Positions 19,446-27,618 of a stretch of DNA of 32,000 nucleotides are shown piece by piece (positions within the stretch are counted from its first letter, which is position 1; the number at the start of each line of letters is the position of its first letter). This DNA is from Microcystis aeruginosa NIES-843 (GTDB taxonomy: Bacteria; Cyanobacteriota; Cyanobacteriia; Cyanobacteriales; Microcystaceae). The position numbers and the translations under genes are program-made. The stretch lies in NCBI RefSeq assembly GCF_000010625.1, contig NC_010296.1:1080001-1112000 (forward strand), in the 5' to 3' direction. The notes under the pieces were generated by a model, which searched no databases, was not told the origin of the DNA, and was given only the letters and a program-made list of their open reading frames with translations.

Positions 19446-19676
19446 GTCTTAGCTAGGGTTTGCTGAAAAAGTTTTTCTTGGGGGCAGGGTGTGGGGTGTG
19501 GGGTGTGGGGTGTAGGGTTTTACCGATTTTGAAGGGGTCAATTACCTAATTTTCAGGGAAAAAGTCTCTGAATTTTCCCCCCGATCACTCCCATATCTGG
19601 TACTTTTTGATTGACAAAAACTCTAAAAGTCTTAACCAACAAGGGTTTTACCATTATTCAGTAAGTCTTAGCTAGG
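19444..19676 (+). mobile_element. MITE copy 2 (variant ends), inserted directly at the stop codon of gene 2
   Basis: The interior is alignable to MITE copy 1, including the GGGTGT/GGGGTGT array at ~19481-19517. TAAGTCTTAGCTAGG is present at both 19444-19458 and 19662-19676. The canonical right inverted repeat is truncated. Confidence 0.7.
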
Positions 19677-19700
19677 CATCATAGTAAAACTATGCCATCT

Positions 19701-19725
19701 CCCCCGCCGTTAGCGGGGGTTTTTT
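19701..19725 (+). terminator. Rho-independent terminator
   Basis: CCCCCGC (19701-19707), loop CGTTA, GCGGGGG (19713-19719), then TTTTTT (19720-19725). It is the first canonical terminator downstream of gene 2. Confidence 0.8.
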
Positions 19726-19945
19726 GTCGGATGTGGGATTTTGCCCGGCAAGTTTTCCCCGATGGTAGTTGCTCGCTCGTCAAGGAAGAGTCGCTCTTTT
19801 TCGCCGTCAACCCGAGTCGATGGGCTGCGAGCGTTTCCTATTGCTCGGCATTCCTCCCCCACTAACCCTACGGGTGTAACGGGGGCATCCTGCCAACATT
19901 CAAGGTGACAAGGGCAATTCTTGTCGGAGGGCAGATAAAAGTTTA

Positions 19946-20027
19946 TGCGGATGGCGAGACTCGAACTCGCAAGGCGTAAGCCACACGCCCCTCAAACGTG
20001 CGTGTCTACCAGTTCCACCACATCCGC
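19946..20027 (-). tRNA. tRNA-Leu (anticodon GAG), 82 nt, class II long variable arm, CCA not encoded
   Basis: Hand-folded reverse complement: GCGGATG|TG|GTG|GAACTGGTAGA|CAC|G|CACGT|TTGAGGG|GCGTG|TGGCTTACGCCTT|GCGAG|TTCGAGT|CTCGC|CATCCGC|A. The acceptor and T arms are perfect, the T-loop is TTCGAGT, the discriminator is A73, and G37 follows anticodon GAG. Confidence 0.9.
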
Positions 20028-20081
20028 TTGATTTTAGCCTAACCACTATAGCACAGAAAAAAAATAATCTGCAAGCAACTT

Positions 20082-20762
20082 TTAAAAATTACTGCCGCAC
20101 AACTTTCGCACCACCTGAGTTAGTACGGATAAACCTTTTAGGGAACCTTGAATCAAATGGAAGGCCGGGATGGGACGGATTAACATTTGTCGAGCTAGGG
20201 GCAATGGTCGCAGCTGACCTTGATTATCAATTGCCGGGGCTAAATCGGGTAAATCCTGCGTCACCTCATCGCTAATCACGCGCACAATTGCCACTTTTTG
20301 CCCCCGTAAAGCCGCTAAAATCCTTGCTCCTTCCATATCGACCACCTCATAGCCCCCTTGTCCTAAACGTCGTTTTTCCTCGGATCGGCTAATCAGGCGA
20401 TCGCTGGTTAAACCTTTAACGAGACTATATCCGGTTAATTGGGCGATTTCTGCGGTTATTTCCGGTTCGCACTGCCAATAATTCCCCTTTTCTGCGCCAC
20501 AACCTTGATAGATTACCCCATCTCCGACTCGATAGCGATCGCTGAGACTGCCCGCTAATCCCATCAGCACAATTTTTCCCCTGAACTTATTAAGAAATTC
20601 TAGAGATAGCTTAGAGACTGGGGAACTGTCGAGGAATTCTGGAGCGCCAAGGTTAATCGGGATAATTTGCGGGGCTAAATCGCCGATGTTCCTTAATCCT
20701 CGACGGATTGAGCTATGCTCGGCCCCCCGGGGAACGAGAATAATATCTTCAGGTGTGAGCAT
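20082..20762 (-). CDS. PNP_UDP_1 / MTA-SAH-nucleosidase-fold phosphorylase-family protein (function uncertain)
   Basis: 226-aa ORF. GYEVVDMEGARILAAL resembles the DMEG/S active-site region of this fold. The assignment rests on motif memory only. Confidence 0.5.
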   Translation of the reverse strand: MLTPEDIILVPRGAEHSSIRRGLRNIGDLAPQIIPINLGAPEFLDSSPVSKLSLEFLNKFRGKIVLMGLAGSLSDRYRVGDGVIYQGCGAEKGNYWQCEPEITAEIAQLTGYSLVKGLTSDRLISRSEEKRRLGQGGYEVVDMEGARILAALRGQKVAIVRVISDEVTQDLPDLAPAIDNQGQLRPLPLARQMLIRPIPAFHLIQGSLKGLSVLTQVVRKLCGSNF

Positions 20763-20885
20763 GAAATTTTTGAGAAAGTTTCCTAATTAGCCAAATAAAA
20801 TGTTATAAACAATAATAGTGAACTAATTAGGAATAATTCTTAAGTAAATGGCCCTGCCACTGACTGGGCGATTGTCTTTCTCACC

Positions 20886-21941
20886 ATGAAAAAGTCTGTC
20901 ATTCTGCGTTTATCCGAGGTTAACAAGCGTTTTCCCGCTGCTGCTACTCTAGCTGTCGATAATATCAGTTTTAGTTTAACAGAGGGCGAAATTCTCGGAT
21001 TATTGGGTCCGTCGGGCTGCGGTAAAACCACTCTACTGCGGATGATTGCGGGATTTGAAAAACCATCTCAAGGAGTGATTGAATTGGGAGGGCGAATAGT
21101 TGCCGACGAAAAAACCTTTATTCCTCCGGAAAAACGCAATACGGGCATGGTTTTTCAGGATTACGCTCTTTTTCCCCATTTAACCATTGCTGACAATATC
21201 GCCTTCGGGTTAAAAAATTCTGGGGAGAAATTATCGACCAAAGCTATTAACGCTAGGGTGGCGGAAACTTTGGATTTAGTCGGACTGCAAGGACTAGAAA
21301 AACGTTATCCCCATCAGCTATCGGGAGGACAACAGCAAAGAGTCGCCCTCGCCCGCGCTTTAGCCCCAAAACCCTCTTTAATCCTCTTAGATGAACCTTT
21401 AAGTAATCTCGATGTGCAGGTCCGGCAACGGTTACGGCACGAGATCCGTCATATCCTGAAAGCGACTGGTATCTCGGCCATTTTTGTCACCCACGACCGG
21501 GAGGAAGCAATGGTGATCAGTGACACAATTGCCGTCATTTGTCAAGGAAAATTAGAACAAATTAACAATCCCGAAGAAATTTATAGTCATCCGGCCTCGC
21601 GATTCGTGGCTGAGTTTGTCACCCAAGCTAACTTTCTCCCCGCTAGACGGAAGGGGGAACAATGGCAAACCGAGATAGGAGTCTGGGAAATTCCCGATGG
21701 TCAAGATTTGGACAAAGGGGAATTGATGCTGAGAGAGGAAGATGTCAAAATTAAGCCGGATGAGACGGGAGAGCTAGTTATTTGCGATCGCCAATTTTTG
21801 GGGCGGGAATACCGTTATTGTCTGCTAACGGCCACCGGCAGCCAAATCCACGCTAGAACAACGATTAACACCCAATTAGACATCGGTACAAAGGTAAAAC
21901 TATCAATTATTCCCGATAGCGTCCGTGTATTTGCCGACTGA
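20886..21941 (+). CDS. ABC importer ATP-binding subunit (FbpC/PotA/CysA type with C-terminal TOBE-like extension)
   Basis: Walker A GPSGCGKTT, signature LSGGQQQRVALARAL, Walker B LILLDEPLSNLD, H-loop FVTHD. About 110 aa of beta-rich C-terminal extension. Confidence 0.9.
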   Translation: MKKSVILRLSEVNKRFPAAATLAVDNISFSLTEGEILGLLGPSGCGKTTLLRMIAGFEKPSQGVIELGGRIVADEKTFIPPEKRNTGMVFQDYALFPHLTIADNIAFGLKNSGEKLSTKAINARVAETLDLVGLQGLEKRYPHQLSGGQQQRVALARALAPKPSLILLDEPLSNLDVQVRQRLRHEIRHILKATGISAIFVTHDREEAMVISDTIAVICQGKLEQINNPEEIYSHPASRFVAEFVTQANFLPARRKGEQWQTEIGVWEIPDGQDLDKGELMLREEDVKIKPDETGELVICDRQFLGREYRYCLLTATGSQIHARTTINTQLDIGTKVKLSIIPDSVRVFAD

Positions 21942-21962
21942 TAAATCACATCTGACTTGAAA

Positions 21963-22026
21963 GTGGGTGTAGGGTGTGGGGTGTAGGGTGTGGGGTGTGG
22001 GGAAGTGGGGAAGTGGGGTGTGGGGA
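21963..22026. repeat. G-rich heptamer/octamer array (GGGTGT, AGGGTGT, GGGGTGT, GGGGAAGT units), MITE-array-like but without MITE ends
   Basis: Read directly: GTGGGTGTAGGGTGTGGGGTGTAGGGTGTGGGGTGTGGGGAAGTGGGGAAGTGGGGTGTGGGGA. Confidence 0.8.
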
Positions 22027-22065
22027 GCTTTTTCAGTAAAAAGGCAGCTCCGAGCTTATCGCTTA

Positions 22066-22107
22066 ATACTATTGACTGATAACTTACCCACTGATAACTG
22101 GTAACTG
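22066..22107. repeat. Second CTGATAA-type heptamer array (CTGATAA, 8-nt interruption, CTGATAA, CTGGTAA, CTGATAA, CTGATG)
   Basis: Read directly. It ends in CTGATAACTGATGC exactly like the array at 3402-3456. Confidence 0.8.
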
Positions 22108-22129
22108 ATAACTGATGCAAGGCTGACGG

Positions 22130-23035
22130 CTAATATTGATATCGATCGCGATTTAGGACTAGGGTGGCATTTTTAGCGACAAAATCAATAATTTTTTTGG
22201 CCACATCCACACCAGTGGCCGCTTCTATTCCCTCCAAACCGGGAGAAGAATTGACCTCGATAACCACAGGCCCGTGATTGGACCGCAATAAGTCCACACC
22301 CGCAACCCGTAAACCCATGGCTTTAGTGGCCCGTATAGCCGTACTGCGTTCCTCCGGGGTTAATTTTACCTTTTCTGCCTTACCACCGCGGTGAAGATTA
22401 GAACGAAAATCCCCTTCGGCCCCCTGTCGCTTCATCGAGGCCACCACTTTTCCATCGATGACAAAACAGCGCAGATCTGCCCCACTGGCCTCTTTAATAT
22501 ACTCTTGTACTAGAATATTAGCCTCTAATTGCCGAAAAGCTTCAATAACTGACTTGGCTGCTTGATCGGTTTCCGCTAAGACTACCCCAATACCTTGGGT
22601 TCCTTCTAATAATTTAATCACTAGAGGGGTGCCGCCGACGGTTTCGATTAAACCATCGATATCTTGAGTTGCGTGAGCAATTCCCGTCACCGGTAAACCT
22701 ATCCCTTCCCGAGCGAGGATTTGCAGACAACGCAATTTATCCCGCGACCGAGAAATTGCTTGCGAGTCGTTGGCAGTAAAAACATTCATCACCTCGAATT
22801 GTCGGACGACTGCGGTTCCATAGAAGGTTTTTGAGGCGGCAATGCGGGGAATAATCGCGTCAAAACTCTCCAAGGGTTTACCGTTATAAACAACCGTGGG
22901 TTTATGGGAGGTGATGTTCATGTAACAGCGCAAATAATTGATCACTCGTACCTCATGACCTTGGGCTTCTCCCGCTTCTTTCAGTCGCTTGGTCGAATAA
23001 AGAGAAGCATCTTGGGATAAAATAGCGATTTTCAT
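22130..23035 (-). CDS. rimK: RimK-family ATP-grasp ligase (ribosomal protein S6 glutamate ligase type)
   Basis: 301-aa full-length [37 protein letters not shown]...[26 protein letters not shown]. The RimK pattern holds over its whole length. Confidence 0.9.
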   Translation of the reverse strand: MKIAILSQDASLYSTKRLKEAGEAQGHEVRVINYLRCYMNITSHKPTVVYNGKPLESFDAIIPRIAASKTFYGTAVVRQFEVMNVFTANDSQAISRSRDKLRCLQILAREGIGLPVTGIAHATQDIDGLIETVGGTPLVIKLLEGTQGIGVVLAETDQAAKSVIEAFRQLEANILVQEYIKEASGADLRCFVIDGKVVASMKRQGAEGDFRSNLHRGGKAEKVKLTPEERSTAIRATKAMGLRVAGVDLLRSNHGPVVIEVNSSPGLEGIEAATGVDVAKKIIDFVAKNATLVLNRDRYQY

Positions 23036-23183
23036 AAATTTTCGCTTAAATATTGCTTTTAAAACTGAATAGCTCCTTATTTCCCCCTATTAACTTTTTT
23101 TGCTGGCAACTCATAAAATTTCTGCTCTCGATCGAAGTCCATCGATTATTATGGCACTGACAGTTCCCCTTGAACAGTTAGGT

Positions 23184-23407
23184 TAAGTAGGGTTTGCTGA
23201 ATAAATCTAAAAACCTTGTTGGGTAAGACTTTTAGACTTTTTGTCAATCAAAAAGTACCCGGCATGGGAGTGATCAGGGGGAAAATTCAGGGACTTTTTC
23301 CCTGAAAATTAGGTAATTTACCCGATGAAAATGGGTAAAACCCCACACCCCACACCCCACACCCTACACCCTGCCCCTAGGAAAAACTTTTTCAGCAGAC
23401 CCTAAGT
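23184..23407 (-). mobile_element. MITE copy 3 (inverted relative to copies 1 and 2), flanked by TAAGTA
   Basis: The ends are TAAGTAGGGTTTGCTGAA... and ...TTCAGCAGACCCTAAGTA. A C-rich array (CCCCACA)n lies at ~23338-23376. It sits between the CHAT gene stop and the rimK start. Confidence 0.8.
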
Positions 23408-23496
23408 ATTTTGACTCACGCCCCTTCCTCTTTTGAGACGTTGTGACACTTAGGGTGCGGAATGTGGGTTTTGAGATTTTGTCCCTTGCTCGCCTG

Positions 23497-26400
23497 TCAA
23501 AATGGTAAAAGCGGAAGACCGGCTGGATTCCCTAAACAAATAAAAGCAGCCCAATACTTAGGAGCTTCATAAGGGCGTTCTAAATCAGATTTTTGACTTA
23601 ATTCCCGCAAATGGGTAGCAGTTCCTATACTGTGTTTTTCTGCCGATTTGATGGCATCTTCCGTTAGCCATTGGGAACGCATTTTGGCGATGGTGAGACG
23701 CTGGAGGCTAGATTTGGCTTTTCTCAAAGCTTCTGCTTTGCTAAGTTTTGCTTTCAGGAGATAATAATAGAAATACTGCATTAAGATAGTGGTAGCCACA
23801 TCCTCCACTTTCCAAAGGCTGATAATAACGGTTTTTGCTCCTGCTTGGATGAAGGAACGACGCAAACCGATGAGGGTTTCTCCTGTGTAGAGGTCTCCTA
23901 AGGCGGTTTCACAGGCGGATGTTACTACTAACTCTGTCCCTGCTAAATTGATAGATTGCACGTCTAGGGAAGTTAATAAGCCATCTTCGGCTTCTTCGGG
24001 TAGTTTACCGCCGTTTAACATCGTATTCACCCCCGCAAAGGCTAAACCTGAACGCAACAGGGGATTTTGCCTGGTGCCGACTTGGAATCTTTCTGAGGCG
24101 GAAAGACTCGATAACATGAAGTTTTGGTTAATTGTGTCCAGTTCGGGGGTTATATCGCCGAGAAAGTAGCCATGAGTAGCAATATGGAGAATATAAGGGG
24201 CTTTTTGGGCTTTGGAGACAAGAGGTTTTAAAGCTTTGGCGGCGGTAACGGGTTTGACTCTGAGTATTTTAGCGATTTTTTCGCCTTCGATTTCGGTGCC
24301 GGGGAGGGAGTTGAATATTTGTCCTTGTCTAGAGGTGGCTAAATTGCGTAAGGATGGTTTAAAGGGGAATTTTTCCTCATTTTCAGCAGTTGATGGCGTG
24401 TTTTCGGGACTGGCTAAGTTATAGTCAGGGTTAGCGATAACGAGGGGATAGGTGACTTTGGCGGGAATTTTGGCTTTAAAGCGCAGGATATCTCGTCCTA
24501 CATTTAAGAAGTTGCAGCGATATTCATCCATTAAGTAGCTGCCTTTATCGGTGGGTAAAATTTCAAAGGGTAAGCAGTTTAATTCGCCATCGGGACAGAT
24601 AATTAATTCTTGGCTGAGATAAGGCTTGATTTTCTGAAAAATAAGCTGGCTTAGTTCAATTTTTGGCGATATATCCTCTTTTTTCTTAAATACGGCCACA
24701 CTTAATCCTCGTGGGTTTTCTACCGATTCCCGAAACTCTTTCACTAATTTGTCTATGGGTTCAGCTTCTCCTAAATCTATCATAGTTAGCTGTTCTGGGG
24801 CTTGGGCAGGTAGGATAAAGGCAAGATAGCGAGGGGGAAAGGATGCAGCGTCACCGTTGGCGGGAATTGCCTGAAAATTGTAGTTATTAAACCTAATAAA
24901 TTCAATTAGGGTAGTTCCTTCGGGTAATTCTAAAGCGATGGTACGAAAATCAGCGTTTTGCAGTTCTTTTTCGAGGTTAAGTTCGGGGATATTTAATTCT
25001 CGTTCGAGGTTTTCTGCTTGTTGTTCGAGGGATTTAATTTCTTGTTGGTAGTAGGGAAGTTGTTCGGGGGTGGGTATATCAAAACAGCGTTTGGCGAGTT
25101 GTTGCCTAATTTGTTGCCATTGTTGGAGTTTGGGGGCAAGATGGGCGTATTGTTGGGATAAAAGGGCGATTTTTTGCTGGATGGCGGTTTCAGTGGCGAT
25201 CGCTTTTCGTCTTAAGATGAGGTTATAGGCAGATTGTACCGCTTCGGGGCTATTAGGAAAGTGTTGGAAAACAAGGGAGAGAAATGTTTCTACTATATGG
25301 TAGTTTTTGGCAAGATAGTTGATGCGTTGCTTATCGGTGCTAATGCTAAAGATGGTCGAGATAGTTTTTAAATCAATATCTGCCGCTTCTTGCATTAATT
25401 TTAGTGCTTCTTCTGGGCGGTTGGTTGCTGTGTATAAAAGGGCTAAATTATTGAGAAAAAGAGCATAATTAGGGTGATCAGTACCTAAACTTTTACCATG
25501 AATTTCGAGAGCTTGTTGAAAGAGAGGTAAAGCTTGCTCATACCGTCCCATTGACCGATATAATGCGGCTAAGTTATTCAGAGAAGTGGCATAGCCAGGG
25601 TGGTCAGTACCTAAACTTTTACCACGAATTTCGAGAGCTTGTAGAGAGAGAGGTAAAGCTTGCTCATACTGTCCCATTGACCGATATAATCCGCCTAAGT
25701 TATTCAGAGAACCAGCATAGTCAGGATGGTCAGTACCTAGAATTTTACTACGAATTTCGAGAGCTTGTAGAGAGAGAGGTAAAGCTTGCTCATACTGTCC
25801 CATTGACTGATATAATACGGCTAAATTATTCAGAGAATCAGCATAGTCGGGGTGGTCAGTACCTAAACTTTTACCACGAATTGCGAGAGCTTGTTGATAG
25901 AGAGGTAAAGCTTGCTCATACTGTCCCATTGACCCATATAATACGGCTAAATTATTCAGAGAATCAGCATAGTCGGGGTGGTTAGTACCTAAACTTTTAC
26001 CACGAATTGCGAGAGCTTGTTGATAGAGAGGTAAAGCTTGCTCATACTGTCCCATTGACCCATATAATACGGCTAAATTATTCAGAGAACTAGCATAGTT
26101 AGGGTGGTCAGTACCTAAACTTTTACTACGAATTTCGAGAGCTTGTAGAGAGAGAGGTAAAGCTTGCTCATACTGTCCCATTGACTTATGTAATACGGAT
26201 AAGTTATTCAGACAAGTAGCATAGTCAGGGTGGTCAGTACCTAAACTTTTACCAATAATTTTGAGAGCTTGTTGATGGAGAGGTAAAGCTTGCTCATACT
26301 GTCCCATTGACTTATATAATCCGGCTAAGTTATTCAGAGAACCAGCATAGTCATGGTGTTCAGTACCTAGAATTTTACCACTAATTTCCAGAGCTTGTTG

Positions 26401-26697
26401 ATGAAGAGGTAAAGCTTGCTCATACTGTCCCATTGACTCATATAATAGGGCTAAGTTATTCAGACAATTAGCATATTCAGGGTGGTCAGTACCTAAACTT
26501 TTACCAACAATTTCGAGAACTTGTTGAGAGAGAGGTAAAGCTTGCTCATACCGTCCCATTGACTTATATAATATGGCTAAAAGATTCAAAGAATAAGCAT
26601 AAATAGGCTCATTAGTTAGTGAGTAACTTTTGGCTAAATCACAGGTTTTTTGAGCGAAGATAATCCCTTGCTCATATTGCCCCTGCTGATATAGCAT
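23497..26697 (-). CDS. TPR-CHAT protein: ~10 kinesin-light-chain-type TPR units + helical linker + C-terminal CHAT (caspase-like Cys protease) domain
   Basis: 1066-aa ORF. The 42-aa units are LGTDHPDYA.SLNNLAVLY.SMGQYEQALPL.QQALEI.GKS. CHAT hallmarks are YILHIATHGYF (His), ELVVTSACETALG (Cys), GAKTVIISLW and YWAAFICLGNP. Confidence 0.85.
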   Translation of the reverse strand: MLYQQGQYEQGIIFAQKTCDLAKSYSLTNEPIYAYSLNLLAILYKSMGRYEQALPLSQQVLEIVGKSLGTDHPEYANCLNNLALLYESMGQYEQALPLHQQALEISGKILGTEHHDYAGSLNNLAGLYKSMGQYEQALPLHQQALKIIGKSLGTDHPDYATCLNNLSVLHKSMGQYEQALPLSLQALEIRSKSLGTDHPNYASSLNNLAVLYGSMGQYEQALPLYQQALAIRGKSLGTNHPDYADSLNNLAVLYGSMGQYEQALPLYQQALAIRGKSLGTDHPDYADSLNNLAVLYQSMGQYEQALPLSLQALEIRSKILGTDHPDYAGSLNNLGGLYRSMGQYEQALPLSLQALEIRGKSLGTDHPGYATSLNNLAALYRSMGRYEQALPLFQQALEIHGKSLGTDHPNYALFLNNLALLYTATNRPEEALKLMQEAADIDLKTISTIFSISTDKQRINYLAKNYHIVETFLSLVFQHFPNSPEAVQSAYNLILRRKAIATETAIQQKIALLSQQYAHLAPKLQQWQQIRQQLAKRCFDIPTPEQLPYYQQEIKSLEQQAENLERELNIPELNLEKELQNADFRTIALELPEGTTLIEFIRFNNYNFQAIPANGDAASFPPRYLAFILPAQAPEQLTMIDLGEAEPIDKLVKEFRESVENPRGLSVAVFKKKEDISPKIELSQLIFQKIKPYLSQELIICPDGELNCLPFEILPTDKGSYLMDEYRCNFLNVGRDILRFKAKIPAKVTYPLVIANPDYNLASPENTPSTAENEEKFPFKPSLRNLATSRQGQIFNSLPGTEIEGEKIAKILRVKPVTAAKALKPLVSKAQKAPYILHIATHGYFLGDITPELDTINQNFMLSSLSASERFQVGTRQNPLLRSGLAFAGVNTMLNGGKLPEEAEDGLLTSLDVQSINLAGTELVVTSACETALGDLYTGETLIGLRRSFIQAGAKTVIISLWKVEDVATTILMQYFYYYLLKAKLSKAEALRKAKSSLQRLTIAKMRSQWLTEDAIKSAEKHSIGTATHLRELSQKSDLERPYEAPKYWAAFICLGNPAGLPLLPF
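25365..26592 (-). repeat. 126-bp (42-aa) tandem TPR-coding repeats, ~10 units, highly similar at nucleotide level
   Basis: AGGTAAAGCTTGCTCATACTGTCCCATTGAC recurs at 25651, 25777 and 25903, and onward with a period of 126. Confidence 0.9.
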
Positions 26698-26707
26698 TCC
26701 TATGGTT

Positions 26708-26893
26708 TGGTTATACTGTTGTATCTGGTTAATTATGGATTGATTGATGTTACTATCTTCCTTTAATAAACTAAGTTTTTGTTGCTGATTATTGTTGCTG
26801 ATTGATCAGAGTGATTAATGGGTTTTTCTACCACCTTAAACCGCTTATAAAACACCTCACTATTACCCTGATTACCCTGAATAAATATCTCCT
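26708..26893 (-). repeat. Direct repeat copy A: relic of the 3' end (last ~43 codons + stop) and downstream spacer of the 27674-28729 gene
   Basis: 26708-26870 matches 27619-27781 (offset 911) with 1 mismatch. Weaker similarity continues to 26893 / 27807. Confidence 0.9.
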
Positions 26894-27302
26894 ACAATAA
26901 GTTGTTAAAAACCTCCGTATTGTTCCAACGATAGATACTGAAATCTCGACGATCAACAGTTAATATTCTTCCATGTCCTAGATGCTCTGCTAATACAATC
27001 AAAGAAGCGTCTGCCATATCCATCGGTAAGTTAGCGTAACGATCCATTAATTCAATCATTCGTTCAATATGATGATTTTGTAAATGAAATATTTCAAAGT
27101 TATCGTTAACCAATCCCTGCAAAAAGTTGATTTGCGCCTGATTACCTATTCTGGCTAAGAGTAAATAACAGGTTTCGGTGATAACAGGATAGGTGGTAAT
27201 TAAGGCTTCATTTTGACTATAAATAGTTTGAATGGCTAACGAGTGATCTTTGTCTTTTCGATTGCCAAGAGCGAGAAAGAATCCTGTATCAGCAATGATC
27301 AT
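26892..27302 (-). CDS. vapC: PIN-domain toxin (VapC-like)
   Basis: I trimmed the track ORF to ATG at 27302 (MIIADTGFFLALGN...), which gives the conserved N-terminal Asp of PIN domains. Later acidic positions are ITETCYLL, DMADASLIVLAE and LTVDRRDF. It overlaps the upstream antitoxin ORF by 14 nt. Confidence 0.8.
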   Translation of the reverse strand: MIIADTGFFLALGNRKDKDHSLAIQTIYSQNEALITTYPVITETCYLLLARIGNQAQINFLQGLVNDNFEIFHLQNHHIERMIELMDRYANLPMDMADASLIVLAEHLGHGRILTVDRRDFSIYRWNNTEVFNNLL

Positions 27303-27549
27303 TTTTTTCGGATAGGAGTGAATGCAAAATGTTTTCTGAGTTTTCGGCAAAGTCAGCCTCTGCTTCAAAGCTACCGATAAAGGAACTTTGTTTTAATTTA
27401 GCTAGGGGATCGTGTGTTTTTTCTTGGAGTTGTTGATAGCGTAGTTCAATGGCTTGTTGAATGGTTTCTAAAGTATTTTCTTGGGTGGTTTGTTGAATAT
27501 AGGCTAGTTTTTGAGCGTGTTCATCGTCTAGTTGAATAGAAATTTGCAT
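27289..27549 (-). CDS. vapB: Antitoxin, ribbon-helix-helix-like (VapB-type partner of the PIN toxin)
   Basis: 86-aa ORF. MQISIQLDDEHAQKLAYIQQ fits the beta-strand + helix start of an RHH fold. Its position is 5' of and overlapping the PIN gene. Confidence 0.65.
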   Translation of the reverse strand: MQISIQLDDEHAQKLAYIQQTTQENTLETIQQAIELRYQQLQEKTHDPLAKLKQSSFIGSFEAEADFAENSENILHSLLSEKNDHC

Positions 27550-27565
27550 TGTTTTTTCCTATTTT

Positions 27566-27593
27566 ATGGGCAATTACTGTTGACAATGGGCAA
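27566..27593 (-). promoter_or_regulatory. Possible antitoxin operator: ATGGGCAA direct repeat spaced 20 bp apart, just upstream of vapB
   Basis: ATGGGCAA occurs at 27566-27573 and 27586-27593 (plus-strand reading), 17-44 nt upstream of the vapB ATG. Function is inferred only. Confidence 0.3.
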
Positions 27594-27618
27594 GGGCGAT
27601 CGCTGGCATGATGCGATC

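Noticed and set aside
19946-20027. tRNA first read as tRNA-Ser(UGA) because of the long variable arm and the TTTGAGG string
   Set aside because: A 5-bp anticodon stem (CACGT/GCGTG) with a 7-nt loop only works with loop TTGAGGG, giving anticodon GAG. The discriminator A73 and the D-arm also fit Leu rather than Ser.
25551-25985. 144-aa plus-strand ORF antisense to the TPR repeats
   Set aside because: It is periodic only because the sense-strand 126-bp TPR units repeat. It has no motif content.
23497-26697. TPR-CHAT considered as Csx29 of a type III-E CRISPR-Cas (Craspase) locus
   Set aside because: There is no gRAMP/Cas7-11-like giant gene, no csx30/31 and no CRISPR repeats anywhere in the 32 kb. 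The flanks are rimK and a TA module.
26892-27368. The 158-aa version of the PIN ORF from the track
   Set aside because: The first 22 codons overlap the antitoxin ORF and precede the conserved MIIADTGFF PIN start. A start at 27302 gives the usual short TA overlap.
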